Part shown: positions 39,031-53,718 of the stretch, piece by piece | Numbering within the stretch: the first letter of the stretch is position 1 | Layout of the letters: every line of letters begins with the position of its first letter | From: Priapulus caudatus | Taxonomy: Eukaryota | NCBI RefSeq assembly: GCF_000485595.1 | Contig: NW_014577076.1 | Span: forward strand, 1,168,633 to 1,232,632 | Direction: 5' to 3' | Length of the DNA stretch: 64,000 bases | Notes under the pieces: model-generated | Database searches by the model: none | The model's input: only the letters and a program-made list of their open reading frames with translations | Told to the model about the DNA's origin: nothing | Position numbers and translations under genes: made by a program

Positions 39031-40435
39031 AGCCGCATGGTTGTTTTGAATGTCGCGGTTAAATCGAATCATGCGCCGATTTCAGGTTTCTTGTCTCAGC
39101 GCGCCCGCTCGATATGGCAGCTCAGGCCCATTCACAGAGAAGATTATTGACAGTGTTGCGCGAGTTTCAATGCGGGAATCACTCAGCTCTGTGCGCCCGG
39201 CAGGCGAGAGCTATTCAATATTCACACAGAAAAAAAGATTCTACGTCTTCGGCTAGACCTGCCATTCTATGGTCGCGAGAAACACGTCGGTTTAAGTCAG
39301 AAGCTAGTATTAATAACAGTCTTCATTACATTAATTCAATAATGACCAGAAATGAGGCTCCTACGTGAGGTTTTCATCACCGGGTGTTCAGCAGCCCACG
39401 ATAGAGGAAGAGAATGAGAGCCTTTGTTAGCCTCTCGATTCTTCGTTATTTGACAGCGCCACCAAAAGATATGGTCTGTTAATAGCACGTTAGCATACCG
39501 CTAACCATAGACGTCGTTACACTGAACCATTAATTCCAACACCAATAGGTTTTTATTTGTGTTATTTCTTATACGCACGTGTATGAATGCCACTATTGCT
39601 TGCTTCTAATCGATCTAAAACAAACTCTGCTAAAACTCCATCTAAGCATAATCGTGAGAACGTGTGGTGTGGATGGAACGTATTTTACCACCCAAATGTT
39701 CTCAATACTAGATTTGCATTCAAATTTTTACGTGTACCATTTCATTATTTTAATCAACCCACATACACACGCGCGCGCGCGCAAGCACGCACGAATGCAC
39801 GCATGCACGATACTTGGCTTCTCTGTCATTAAGCCTCCTCAGTACAAAGATTCTATCAAGTGAATGAGTGAAGCGCCAGCTTACCGGGACACAGCGCGAA
39901 TATTTTTGCTTTCGATTTTCCCCACGGTCTGCATTTGTCAAATCACGTCATCTCGTATTCGTGAAGAGACTATATAGGTTGAGCCGCAACGGGAGAGAGA
40001 TGTATTCTTTTGTTGACCTGTTTATGGGCATCTCGAAGAGTCCATCGCAGGCCCTGGATGTCGTTATCTTCAATTGAGCGGAAAGTGGGTCAGATGACAG
40101 GACGATCAATATGGAAAGAACCTGCAGTGATTGCCCGCGCTGTCGAAACAATGAAACCCACTTAACGATGTCCCTGGAAACTGCCTTTGAAGACGGCCTA
40201 GTTTCTATGTTTGCGCCATGCGAACGAGGGAAAATGGTGGTGCTGGTGCTGCGATGAGCAGTGCATGGGGTGTTGTTATTAGTAGTAGTGGTGCTAGTGG
40301 TAATGGTAATGGGCGGACTCTAATCTGGAACTGGACTGAAGTATAGCTGACATCGTGGTGTTGGTAGTGAAAGTGGCGCCGGCGGTGGTGGTAGTGAGGA
40401 CGGTAGTTACGAAGAGGATGGTAGAGGAGCCGATC

Positions 40436-40770
40436 GTGGTGGTGACGGTAATGGTGGTGGTGGTGACGGTAATGGTGGCGATGACGGTAATGGTGGCGAT
40501 GACGGTAATGGTGGTGGTGGTGACGGTAATGGTGGCAATGACGGTAATGGTGGTGGTGGTGACGGTAATGGTGGCGATGACGGTAATGGTGGTGGTGGTG
40601 ACGGTAATGGTGGCGATGACGGTAATGGTGGTGGTGGTGACGGTAATGGTGGCGATGACGGTAATGGTGGTGGTGACGGTAATGGTGGCGATGACGGTAA
40701 TGGTGGTGGTGGTGACGGTAATGGTGGCGATGACGGTAATGGTGGTGGTGATAATGGAGGTGACGGTGGC
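40436..40770. repeat. Compound minisatellite (tgacggtaatggtggcga / ggtggtgg)n
   Basis: Direct inspection. Confidence 0.9.
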
Positions 40771-43700
40771 CGTGGCGTGGAGATGGTGTTACTGTGTGGG
40801 GTTGTGATGTTGATAACTATAATAATGATGATGATGACGATAACGATGACAACGACAACGAAACGACGACAATAATGATGACGATGATGGCAACGATGAC
40901 AATGATGGTAGTGAATGGGGTAGTGGTGGTCGTAGTGGATTTGATAATTGGAGTCGTTGTTATTGGTGGTGGTGTACTGAATAAATTACTAAAATGATAA
41001 TAAACATAGCTCTATAATATAAATCATGCTGCGCGTATATGTATTTAGAAACACAAAAACTGTGTGTGGTTCAGTTTGCGTAGGGCTTCTGCTTCTGACT
41101 CTGCTTCCTACATAACAGCAATGGTAAGCTGGGAGGCAGCAGTGCTAGACCGAGCTACTAGCCAAACAAGAAGGGACGCTGAGTCATGTTCAGCTTCCTA
41201 TACACGGAGATTATCGATTTTTATATTTTGTGTGAGTAATATTGTGTTCATGGATAACAAGAAAGCAAACGAAAGAGGCATTTTATAAGAAGACGCGCCA
41301 TAGGCGAGATAATGCTCTACGTGTATGACATGAATTTCATCATCATATCGATGGTGGCGAGGTCGGTTCGATCCACAATGTCGCAGCAAGAAACGTTAAG
41401 AAACAATGATCAGATGGCAGATTGCACACCGAATTGAGCTGGTTTTACAATTTCAGAAGGTAGCAAGTTGAAACTGTTTGTATACGAAAACCCGTCTCAT
41501 GGCGAGCAACCATATTAACAGACAGATCCCAACCCGACAGAGTGCTGGTTTGCTTACAGGGCACTAATGTCTCGGTAAACATTTTTTGCGCTTCGGCAAA
41601 TACCATTACGAACTCCAGTGTCAACGTCGCAATGTATTTGGCTCTGCGGAAGAAATCGAATTATCCGTTGTCACGCGCATTTAAAATTTACCGTTTTTTT
41701 CTACGGAAATCCTCGCATTAAGACGAACGTCACGGACAACTGTCTGTCTAACGGACGCGCGCGCGTTACATCCGCATCTCGCTATACGCCCGCACTCATT
41801 TACAGCTGCTGCCACAAACACGGCGGAGAATCGCCGCCGAGTCTCGAATCCCGAGATTTATTAGGAAGAAGCTCTCCTGAAATAGCCGCGGTATCAGCTG
41901 TGTCTGTTCGAGGACTGACTACCTGCACAGAAAAGTCACCATGGCTAAAGTAGTATTGAGGATAGAGACTAATTACTGATTGACCTTTGTTAGAACCACA
42001 CATATCAGGAGCGGACACGGGCCGTCTGTGAAATCTTCGCATTTGCAACTATGGTGACCGAGAAGACAGACACTTGTAGCCGATGCCGCGCGCATTTATC
42101 CACGCATGTTACACCGATATCTTTCTATAGATATCTCTATAGCATTAACCACTATGCGTAGCGTTTGTTACGATCCCCATAGTTGTGTATCTGTTAGTAC
42201 ATGGCCCAGGAAGGTAGACACATAAACACATGTCCATATATAAGTTTAGCTGGACAAGCACCGCCAACCACGACGACAACGACAACAACAACAACAACAA
42301 CAACGGCAGCAGTAACAATAACAATAGCAACAAGAATAAGAACAAAAACACCAATACACCAATAACAATAATGATCATAACTACGTCAACAACAACAAGA
42401 ACCATCACTATTACCCCAGCTCACCCCCCCCCCCACACGCAGTCGTGCACGCACGCAACCACACAGCGCCACCGAATTATGCCACGCGAACAATGTTCCC
42501 CGTCTTCCTCCTCCTCCTCCTCCTACTCCTACTCCTCATTCTCCTTCCCAGTCCCGACGGTACGACAACAAAGCCGCCGTGAATCTCGACCATCTTCGCT
42601 TAAAAGACGAAGATTAATTAACGCGCGGCCTCGCGCGGCAGCACGTCGCCTCTGTCAAGGTCACGGCGGGGGCGACTAACACCGAACATGGCGGCTTGCG
42701 CGGCCGTGGCAGTGGCTTAACAGTGAGCGTAGATTAAAGGCCGATAAAGTCATTTCGACACTCCGCTCATACTCATTAAAGCTAGCCGAGTTAAAACGAG
42801 GTCCTATTTGCATACGTGCCGGTTTTGAATTTCACATTATCATCGAGTTTGTGCTGCGTATCGATTTGATGCCGAATGCAGATGATTCGAGTGACGAGCA
42901 AGAGAGGTCATCAGCCGGACGTGAACACTGCAATAACTACCACCGTCCCTGCCTCCCCGTTATTCCCACACTCTCTCTCCCCGCTCTCCTCGTCTCTTGT
43001 CTCGCGTTTCTCTTAATTTCTCTACTTTTAAATTTAAATTTTTACTATTACAGTTACTACTCATGTATACATTCTGTTAACTTATCTCTTTCCTATTCTG
43101 TCTCCCAACACAATGTCCTTTAGCCAGCACCCATTCTTTCTTGTCTCTCTCTCGCTCTCTCCATCCGTCACCCACCTTACCAGTCTATTATCACACGCAG
43201 TACCCATGTTCAGTTTACAACCGAGTGGATGTATATTTGCCAATCGAATCCATATAATAAAGAGTCCATAATAGAACATTTCTATTATGGACTCTTGATA
43301 TAATAAACGATGGAATAAATTCAAGGGCAGGTTACATTATACATGCTACGCTTGCACACCCCCTGCCGCTACAGGTATGGTAAGGTAGGTGTTACGCACG
43401 CACACACGCACGCACGCACTCACATAGTGCTTCAGCTCAGCTCACGGCCAGCTACAGGCTACATATAGATGTACGTATACACGCGACCGCTTTCCCGCTG
43501 TGAGGAGAGCCGACCGACCGACCGACCGTGCGACTGACTGTTCAAGATTTCAACTGGAGAAACCAAATTGATTTTTTCCGGCTTACAGCGCGAGCACGTA
43601 GCACTCCCCTAGGACATCCACCCGCGAATTGAAATGCATTCGGCAGCGACTTTTGTAATGAATCATTCTTGCAACAGTGAACAGCGAAACTATCTGTCAA

Positions 43701-43929
43701 ATAAGGGACTGAGCTTGTTTTTGCCTGTACTTCCTCTTACGTCTTTTTGCTCTTCTGCAAATTCACGCGGCGTGCCCGACCTCTCCCGCATTTCTTCCTC
43801 TACACACCGAACACACACACGTGCGCGCGTGTATGCGCACACATTCTACTTTCTACTAATATGTTTACTTTATAATGACACTAGCGTAACATTGCAACGA
43901 TGCGACTGTTGTATACGCGAGCAGTTACA

Positions 43930-44495
43930 GGGTGGGTGAGGGACTGTGTGGGAGAGGGACTGTGCGGGGAAGGACCTTGTGGGAAAGGGACTGTGTGGGG
44001 GAAGGGACTGTGTGGGGGGAAGGGACTGTGTGGGGAAGGACCTTGTGGGAAAGGGACTGTGTGGGGAAGGACCTTGTGGGAAAGGGACTGTGTGGTGAAG
44101 GACCTTGTGGGAAAGGGACTGTGTGGTGAAGGACCTTGTGAGAAAGGGACTGTGTGGGGAAATACCTTGTGAGAAAGGGACTGTGTGGGGGAAGGGACTG
44201 TGTGGGGAAGGACCTTGTGGGAAAGGGACTGTGTGGGGGAAGGGACTGTGTGGGGAAGGACCTTGTGGGAAAGGGACTGTGTGGGGAAGGACCTTGTGGG
44301 AAAAGGACTGTGTGGGGAAGGACCTTGTGGGGGAGGGACTGTGTGGGTAAGGGACTGTGTGGGGAAAGAACTATGTGGGAAAGGGACTGTGTGGGGAAGT
44401 ACCTTGTGGGGGAGGGACTGTGTTGGGGAAGGGATTGTGTGGGGAAAGGGACTGTGTGGGGAAGGACTGCGTTGGGAAGGAACTGTGTGGGGGTA
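43930..44495. repeat. G-rich ~31-bp minisatellite (gggactgtgtggggaaggaccttgtgggaaa)
   Basis: Tandem 15/16-bp subunits. The distal part is repeated at 47168-47405. Confidence 0.9.
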
Positions 44496-47400
44496 GTCTC
44501 TAGGTAACTAATGAAGGGCTGCGTGGGAGGGACCATGTGGCGGAGAGAGAGTGACAAGCTAGGGAGCGATTATGTGGGAGAGGGACCATGTCGGATTTCC
44601 CAATCAGAGTTCACTCCGCGAACGCCGGCCGTGCTGCTTGGCGACTTGTTCATCGTCACTTCTCTTCGTAAAACAACTAGGAACCCGTATAACTAATAGG
44701 TGGCACAACACAGGCTGGTTGCCGACCTAGTTGTGAATGCCGACGAGAACATCCGCATATACGCATATACGCCATACACGCATATACTATAGGCGGTTGT
44801 GAATTATGAACAATATATAACGAACAAGAGAACAGTCGCAGAAATTCATCCGCGACCTGACATGATCATTTTTGAACACATCTCACATAGCCGTGCACGT
44901 ATGTATTCATGATACAAGGATTTCTAAGAATATTTATGTTAACAGCGTCTTGCCGAGTCAATCTAGCTTGACTGGCTATGCACGCGCTTTGCGCTGGTAA
45001 TAAAATGGTTATAGGCAAGCATTATTTCGTACAACGAAAACCTAAGCAATGATAATCAATCCCCCCACACACAGACACATACACACTTCCCTGTAAACAG
45101 TACAACTGTCGCCAACTGTCACTCATACATACCCTGCCTGCCATCACGAGAACAAGAGCCGGTTTGCTGTCGCTCAGAACTCAATCACTTCAGTAAGCTA
45201 TATAGCGTGTCGTGCCCCTCAAACATGAAAGCAGAGGCTATCTAAGCACAAGGACAACAACGCACGCGGGCCACAATGACCGTGAATAGCTTGAAGGAAT
45301 GGATATATGAGAGATGTTTAGATTTCTCCGGGATAAAATAATCGAAATTCGGTTGCCAAGCCTCGTGTGTATGTTGCCGAGCGCAAAAGCACTCTTTATA
45401 TTCATGGTCTTAGACTCGACGTCCGATCTTGCCGGGGGAACCTTCTGTGTGCTTTACAAACCTATTCGTCTACAATGCACTTATAACATGGTAAGACATA
45501 TTAGCATAGACTAGAACCTACGCTTCAAAGCAGTTTGGCTGATTACAAAATGTCGTATGATCATGCTAGTTACGTTGACGTTGATCATAGCGAATTCTAA
45601 TATATGCATAATATGACGTGTACATGTGTGCATGCTGTCTAACCTATCATAATTTACAGCAATTTTCACTATCGTCCCGCTACCCACTAGTGTATATGAA
45701 ATCATCTAAAAGGTAACTAGGATCTATTACACATGAAATCTCTATTGTATTCGCAAACGGAAGTTCGACTAGTGGAAAATCCAGGATTAATCTCCCGTGA
45801 TGGGAATACACGCGCACTTGTCTCCTTTATAGATCCATCACAAACGCATACAAAAATACTGACTGCAGTCTTTACTGCCTTACAGACCTAAGCCGGCTCA
45901 GCAAATAAGCTCTTATATACGTCGCTATTACAGCCGCGTCGCATTGCCAGCGTCCTGCACGCATGCTGCGCCGCTCTACAGTGTCAGTGCCAACTTCATG
46001 TCTGCATGCAAATAAAATCTTGCGATCACGAACTCGATTATTAACGGGATTAACCAGGCGAGGCGAGCGCGGACTTTAGCAGGAACATGAAGCCATCAAT
46101 GTTGGTACAGGCTCCATTTCGTCGCTGAAGGTATGCTGAGGTAGAGGCCAACAATAACCAACCTGCTGACGTAGTGGTCAATAATAACCAACCTGCTGAC
46201 GTAGTGGTCAACAAAAACCAACCCAGGTGCTGACGTAGTAGTCAACAATAACCAACCTGCCGACGTAGTGGTCAACAATAACCAACCTGCTGACGTAGTG
46301 AGAGGTCAACAATAACCAACCTGCCGACGTAGTGGTCAACAATAACCAAACTGCTGACGTAGTGGTCAACAATAACCAACCTGCTGACGTAGTGGTCAAT
46401 AATAACCAACCTGCTGACGTAGTGGTCAACAAAAACCAACCTGCTGACGTAGTAGTCAACAAAAACCAACCCAGGTGCTGACGTAGTAGTCAACAATAAC
46501 CAATCTGCCGACGTAGTGGTCAACAATAACCAACCTGCTGACGTAGTGAGAGGTCAACAATAACCAACCTGCCGACGTAGTGGTCAACAATAACCAACCT
46601 GCTGACGTAGTGGTCAACAATAACCAACCTGCTGACGTAGTGGTCAACAATAACCAACCTGCCGACGTAGTGGTCAACAATAACCAACCTGCTGACGTAG
46701 TGGTCAACAATAACCAACCTGCTGACGTAGTGGTCAATAATAACCAACCTGCTGACGTAGTGGTCAACAATAACCAACCTGCTGACGTAGTGGTCAACAG
46801 TAACCAACTGCTGACGTAGATAGTGGTCAACAATAACCAACCTGCTGACATAGTGAGAGGTCAACAATAACCAACCTGCTGACGTAGATAGTGGTCAACA
46901 ATAATCAACCTGTGACGTAGTGAGATCTCAACAATAACCAAACTGCTGACGTAGTGGTCAACAATAACCAACCTGCTGACGTAGATAGTGGTCAACAATA
47001 ACCAACCTGTAATGTAGTGAGAGGTCAACAATAATCAACCTGTGACGTAGTGAAAGGTCAACAATAACCAACCTGCTGACATAGTGGTCAACAATAACCA
47101 AATTGCTGATGTAGATAGTGGCTAACGATGGCTGCCTCCTAAAGCCCGGCGCACATTNNNNNNNNNNGAAGGACCTTGTGGGAAAGGGACTGTGTGGGGA
47201 AGGACCTTGTGGGAAAAGGACTGTGTGGGGAAGGACCTTGTGGGGGAGGGACTGTGTGGGTAAGGGACTGTGTGGGGAAAGAACTATGTGGGAAAGGGAC
47301 TGTGTGGGGAAGTACCTTGTGGGGGAGGGACTGTGTTGGGGAAGGGATTGTGTGGGGAAAGGGACTGTGTGGGGAAGGACTGCGTTGGGAAGGAACTGTG

Positions 47401-49568
47401 TGGGGGTAGTCTCTAGGTAACTAATGAAGGGCTGCGTGGGAGGGACCATGTGGCGGAGAGAGAGTGACAAGCTAGGGAGCGATTATGTGGGAGAGGGACC
47501 ATGTCGGATTTCCCAATCAGAGTTCACTCCGCGAACGCCGGCCGTGCTGCTTGGCGACTTGTTCATCGTCACTTCTCTTCGTAAAACAACTAGGAACCCG
47601 TATAACTAATAGGTGGCACAACACAGGCTGGTTGCCGACCTAGTTGTGAATGCCGACGAGAACATCCGCATATACGCATATACGCCATACACGCATATAC
47701 TATAGGCGGTTGTGAATTATGAACAATATATAACGAACAAGAGAACAGTCGCAGAAATTCATCCGCGACCTGACATGATCATTTTTGAACACATCTCACA
47801 TAGCCGTGCACGTATGTATTCATGATACAAGGATTTCTAAGAATATTTATGTTAACAGCGTCTTGCCGAGTCAATCTAGCTTGACTGGCTATGCACGCGC
47901 TTTGCGCTGGTAATAAAATGGTTATAGGCAAGCATTATTTCGTACAACGAAAACCTAAGCAATGATAATTAATCCCCCCACACACAGACACATACACACT
48001 TCCCTGTAAACAGTACAACTGTCGCCAACTGTCACTCATACATACCCTGCCTGCCATCACGAGAACAAGAGCCGGTTTGCTGTCGCTCAGAACTCAATCA
48101 CTTCAGTAAGCTATATAGCGTGTCGTGCCCCTCAAACATGAAAGCAGAGGCTATCTAAGCACAAGGACAACAACGCACGCGGGCCACAATGACCGTGAAT
48201 AGCTTGAAGGAATGGATATATGAGAGATGTTTAGATTTCTCCGGGATAAAATAATCGAAATTCGGTTGCCAAGCCTCGTGTGTATGTTGCCGAGCGCAAA
48301 AGCACTCTTTATATTCATGGTCTTAGACTCGACGTCCGATCTTGCCGGGGGAACCTTCTGTGTGCTTTACAAACCTATTCGTCTACAATGCACTTATAAC
48401 ATGGTAAGACATATTAGCATAGACTAGAACCTACGCTTCAAAGCAGTTTGGCTGATTACAAAATGTCGTATGATCATGCTAGTTACGTTGACGTTGATCA
48501 TAGCGAATTCTAATATATGCATAATATGACGTGTACATGTGTGCATGCTGTCTAACCTATCATAATTTACAGCAATTTTCACTATCGTCCCGCTACCCAC
48601 TAGTGTATATGAAATCATCTAAAAGGTAACTAGGATCTATTACACATGAAATCTCTATTGTATTCGCAAACGGAAGTTCGACTAGTGGAAAATCCAGGAT
48701 TAATCTCCCGTGATGGGAATACACGCGCACTTGTCTCCTTTATAGATCCATCACAAACGCATACAAAAATACTGACTGCAGTCTTTACTGCCTTACAGAC
48801 CTAAGCCGGCTCAGCAAATAAGCTCTTATATACGTCGCTATTACAGCCGCGTCGCATTGCCAGCGTCCTGCACGCATGCTGCGCCGCTCTACAGTGTCAG
48901 TGCCAACTTCATGTCTGCATGCAAATAAAATCTTGCGATCACGAACTCGATTATTAACGGGATTAACCAGGCGAGGCGAGCGCGGACTTTAGCAGGAACA
49001 TGAAGCCATCAATGTTGGTACAGGCTCCATTTCGTCGCTGAAGGTATGCTGAGGTAGAGGCCAACAATAACCAACCTGCTGACGTAGTGGTCAATAATAA
49101 CCAACCTGCTGACGTAGTGGTCAACAAAAACCAACCCAGGTGCTGACGTAGTAGTCAACAATAACCAACCTGCCGACGTAGTGGTCAACAATAACCAACC
49201 TGCTGACGTAGTGAGAGGTCAACAATAACCAACCTGCCGACGTAGTGGTCAACAATAACCAACCTGCTGACGTAGTGGTCAACAATAACCAACCTGCTGA
49301 CGTAGTGGTCAATAATAACCAACCTGCTGACGTAGTGGTCAACAATAACCAACCTGCTGACGTAGTGGTCAACAATAACCAACCTGCTGACGTAGATAGT
49401 GGTCAACAATAACCAACCTGTAATGTAGTGAGAGGTCAACAATAATCAACCTGTGACGTAGTGAAAGGTCAACAATAACCAACCTGCTGACATAGTGGTC
49501 AACAATAACCAAATTGCTGATGTAGATAGTGGCTAACGATGGCTGCCTCCTAAAGCCCGGCGCACATT
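44255..49568. repeat. Near-identical tandem duplication (44255-47157 and 47168-49568) separated by a 10-N gap
   Basis: Constant offset of 2913 nt in the unique part (identical ORFs at 45314/48227 and 44511/47424). One SNP noticed (45057 C vs 47970 T); minisatellite lengths differ. Confidence 0.95.
46149..47122. repeat. 30-bp minisatellite (caacaataaccaacctgctgacgtagtggt)n; shorter copy at 49062-49535
   Basis: About 30 head-to-tail units with minor variants and no spacers. Confidence 0.95.
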
Positions 49569-49976
49569 GCCGAACATTTTGCTCAAAAACATTATCGTAG
49601 CAATGTTCCATGAAATGTTCGGCAATGTGCGGTGAAAAAAGTCGCCGAACATTTGTTCCAAACAATGTTTCTGAAGATCGGAAATGTTTGATATCTCAAA
49701 CATTGTTCGTCGAATGTTCGTCAATGTGCGCTGAATGTCGAACAATTCTAGGAAGATTTGTAAAGTAGTAACCAATAGCAGCACGATATGTGGTCACATG
49801 ATTTTGCTGCCCAATCATGCGCCGATCACGTGACTCTTTACAACACAGCTACTAGACGGCGCCACGAGGTTGTTCGCTGCAAAATGTTCGGCAATGTGCG
49901 CTCAGCAATTGTTCACCTGCACATTGCCAGACAAAAACATTTGTTCGGGAAAATGTTCGGCAATGTGCGCCAGGCT
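49554..49976. mobile_element. PIF/Harbinger-type MITE
   Basis: TIRs agcccggcgcacattgccgaacatttt and aaaatgttcggcaatgtgcgccaggct, TAA on both flanks. Confidence 0.85.
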
Positions 49977-50737
49977 TAAGATAGCGAGTAGCCAACAACG
50001 GTAACAATCTGGTGAGGTATGGTGAGTGGTCACCAATATTCATTTCACGAGGTCAGCGTGGTGTGCGCGGTCACCAAAAAAATGATTGTGATTACTCTCT
50101 ACAAATCAGTGCGCATCGATGTGCTGAAAAATCCTTGTAAAAATGCGCACGCGCTGAGTGTGCAATGGTCATCACTATCTGTGCGAATAAAATGTCCAGA
50201 CGACATTTGCGCACATCAAGATGTTGAGCACTTTGCGCTGAGCTGACGCTCATATCCAACTAAGTTTCTCCTTGTCGGCATATGAGGTCAGGGGCAAGTT
50301 TCGCAAGACAGGGACCTACTTACGTAAATTGGGAAGGCAGTAGCGAAGAGACCTACACAATATATAATGTTATCAGGCTTCCCTGTTCGGAAAAAGTACT
50401 TAAAACGTGTCAGTAAGTCGCTTCCGTTTACTCTTACACACTGTCTATTTACTTATCCGACGCGACACTTAAATTTTAATTTCAAACTTTGCGTAATCTA
50501 AAACACAATTCCCTACGAGGCAAATATCCGCCTCATCCCACGCATAGTCACGGAAAGCTTCAATACATGTATCCGATTCTAATATATAAAATAACCGTGG
50601 AGTTAATGAAATTGCTGTTTAAAAATCCACTGGTGTTAATACTTTGTTGGAACTGCTATTCTTGTTGATGTTGCTTTTGTTCCTGCTGTTATTGTTACTC
50701 TCTCTCTATATATATATATATATTATGATGCCCCTGT

Positions 50738-51140
50738 TACTATACACCTACTTAATGGCTACTATACTACTACTATACACCCTACTCACTACCTACTATA
50801 CTACTTCTATACACCCTACATATTACCTACTATACTATTACTATACACCCTATATATTACTATTATACACCCTACTCACTACCTACTATACTACTACTAC
50901 AACTGCCGCCGCTGCCGCCGCCGCCGCCGCCGCCGCCACCACCACCACCACCACCACCACCACGACTGCTATACTACCATAAATCCTACTCAGTACATAC
51001 TATACTACCATGATACTACTACTATACACCCTACTTAGTACCTACTATACTACTACTATACACCCTACTTAATACCTACTATACTACTACTATACACCCT
51101 ACTTAATACCCACTATACTACGACTATACTCCTTATACTA
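50738..51140. repeat. Degenerate ~33-bp minisatellite (tactactatacaccctacttaatacctactata) interrupted by (GCC)n(ACC)n
   Basis: Direct inspection. Confidence 0.75.
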
Positions 51141-51370
51141 CTGACAACACAACGTCTCGCGCCACGCGTCGTACGACGCCGTTACCCAGCGGGTATCCGG
51201 CGGCCACAGTCGTAATCTCTATCATCGGACATCCGTCGCACTGCACGACAATACGGCGTTGCGCCGTAGAGACGGCCGTTGCTCTAGGTACGAGCGTGTA
51301 ACCGCGTGCGAGTTCCCCTCACGACGCATACGTGCGTTAGAATCACTCCGCTCGCCACGGCCGGGATGTG

Positions 51371-51639
51371 CACAGGCACTTGGAGCGTCTCAATAAAGAA
51401 AAATAATGCTAAATACACGCATAATAAATGCCGTTCAAATGCATATATAAGTGTAAACGTTCAGCGGCGTGCGCGTGGTGTACGTGTGTGTTGCAGAGGA
51501 GCATTTGAACGGCATTTACAGGAAATAATCGGAAATAATAAGCGAAAGAGAGTAGAGAAACATTAAAACTTTGGTAGTAAATACATTTCGTGTTTATTTA
51601 GCATTATTTTTCGTTATTGAGACGCTCCAAGTGCCTGTG
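51371..51639. mobile_element. CACAG-terminal MITE with ~45-bp TIRs
   Basis: cacaggcacttggagcgtctcaataaagaaaaataatgctaaata pairs with its inverted copy at 51596-51639. A related end (ccaagtgcctgtg) lies at about 30162-30174. No TSD seen. Confidence 0.7.
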
Positions 51640-52436
51640 GGGCTGTGAGCCAACAGCTACGTTGACCGTGCTGTGCGTGAGTAGATTGAAACTACACGTT
51701 CATGTGCCGAGCGGCTTGGCGTGCGTATGCATGCAGAGCCGGGTGGGTGGATGCTAATGATCGTGCGGTGAAGCCATGTTGATGAGGACTTGTAGATGAA
51801 GCCCCGTCGCCCGCGTGGCGCCAGTCGGTCGTCTCTCTGTTCCGGTCGGCTGCAGTCGTCTCCTTCGCACGCAGAGCGTAGTGCATCCATTGCGCTATCA
51901 ACACTAATTAGTGAAGCAAAGAGGAGCCCAATTAACATTTGATGGGCACGTCGTTATACAGCCAGCGCTGCCGTGACCGGACACTGCTGGTGGACGCGTG
52001 GCCGAACATAAGACGGCACCGCCTTTGGCTCTTCGCCGACAGGAAATTTGCCACTCGCAAGTCGCCGCGTCTTACCCCAGTTTCACAAGAACGACGTCGG
52101 TTCTGTAGGCGGCTGCGCGGAAATGGTTTCTTAGGATGATGACCCCCGGACAGATTTCAGATGATCCTAGGCAAATGAGTTTTTTGAGATGACCACGAGC
52201 ACACCTTTTTTATGACGTCACTGACACTGATGGCTTCTCCTTATGTCCATGCTGGTATGGTTTCTGTAGGCATCCACAGAAAAGCATTCGCTAAGGACAC
52301 CATGACGATGTATGCCTTGCGGAAGGCCTGCACGCACAAGTGGCGCCTTCAGATGCTAGCGGGAATATTGTTTTTACGATGACCAAAGAAACATGATGTC
52401 TTTAGCCGACTGTGTGAGCATGGCTTCGAGCACACA

Positions 52437-52516
<80 letters not shown>

Positions 52517-53617
52517 GACATACATATACAATTACAACGGTTGAGCATCTAGGGAGCGGGAACACATAGGTTCGATTGGCAAAGACTTAAAGATATTACA
52601 AGATCGCAAAGACGTGCAGAATAGTGCGATGATGTACGAATGTTCATCATTTCCTTTCTAAGCCTGAGCTAGGCGAGATTTCGGACCTTTATTTGTTCAT
52701 GCATGCGCGTCAGTTGACGTGGGCGCGCAGCGATATAGACGGGGTGACACGGGTTTAGCATAATCCTGTACGCTGCGTCAATCATTCCTAGATTCTGCCG
52801 ATAAATTAAACATGCATGGTCACCGAACGCCGGGTATTGACGGCCCAGTGAGCTCTCTATTTAATCTAAGAATGTGACTCCCGCGTAAATTTCTTATGAG
52901 CGCTTAAACCAAGAACGACACGAGCATCGCAGTGTAACGCACCACGTGCTATACGCACTAATAAAAATTCAGTGAGGGAGACAGAACGACGGAGGGCGAG
53001 GTCATCACTCCTCGCTCTTCTGAACCGCCCAACTATGATTAATACGAGGCCACTCTCGTTTCAACTGTACGCGTACTAGAGTGCAGTGAAGCGGGGAGTG
53101 GGATCGTGCTGCCCATGCAGCAGCTTCATAATCGTATTGACCAGGCCAGCAATGCTGCCAACGCGGCGGCTGGCCTAATTAATTCCTGCAGCTCCGTGAT
53201 GCGTTTACGTAGATGACACGCGCGCGGTCGTATCTCACCGTGTCTAATGCACGCTCACTGATAAATCGGCACGCGCGCGCGCCATTACGTGACGTAATAG
53301 AATGATACGGTGCGGCGTAGGCAGGCCCGTCCCGCGATCATACACTACAGACACCTGCCACGTGCATGGTTTACTGCTGCTACCCGTTTACACAGCACGG
53401 CCAAGCGCTACGACCTAAACTAAATCCGCCTAAACTGCCGCGCGTGCGCAGGAGAGCTGGTGCAAAGTGACTGACCTCACCAATTGAATATGATTAACAG
53501 TGTTCGATCCAATTGGCGTTGACATGTAATTGCTCCCATCCCCACGTCCCACGTAGTCATTTTCCTGCTCAGATCTTCTCTCCCCCCTCTCTCTCTNNNN
53601 NNNNNNNNNCTCTCCTC

Positions 53618-53718
<101 letters not shown>

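Noticed and set aside
46149..47122. 30-bp repeat array as a CRISPR array
   Set aside because: Units are head-to-tail with no unique spacers, there are no cas genes, and the context is eukaryotic.
51657..51938. Minus-strand ORF MDALRSACEGDD... as the missing first coding exon
   Set aside because: No good phase-1 donor and no recognisable similarity to the family N-terminus.
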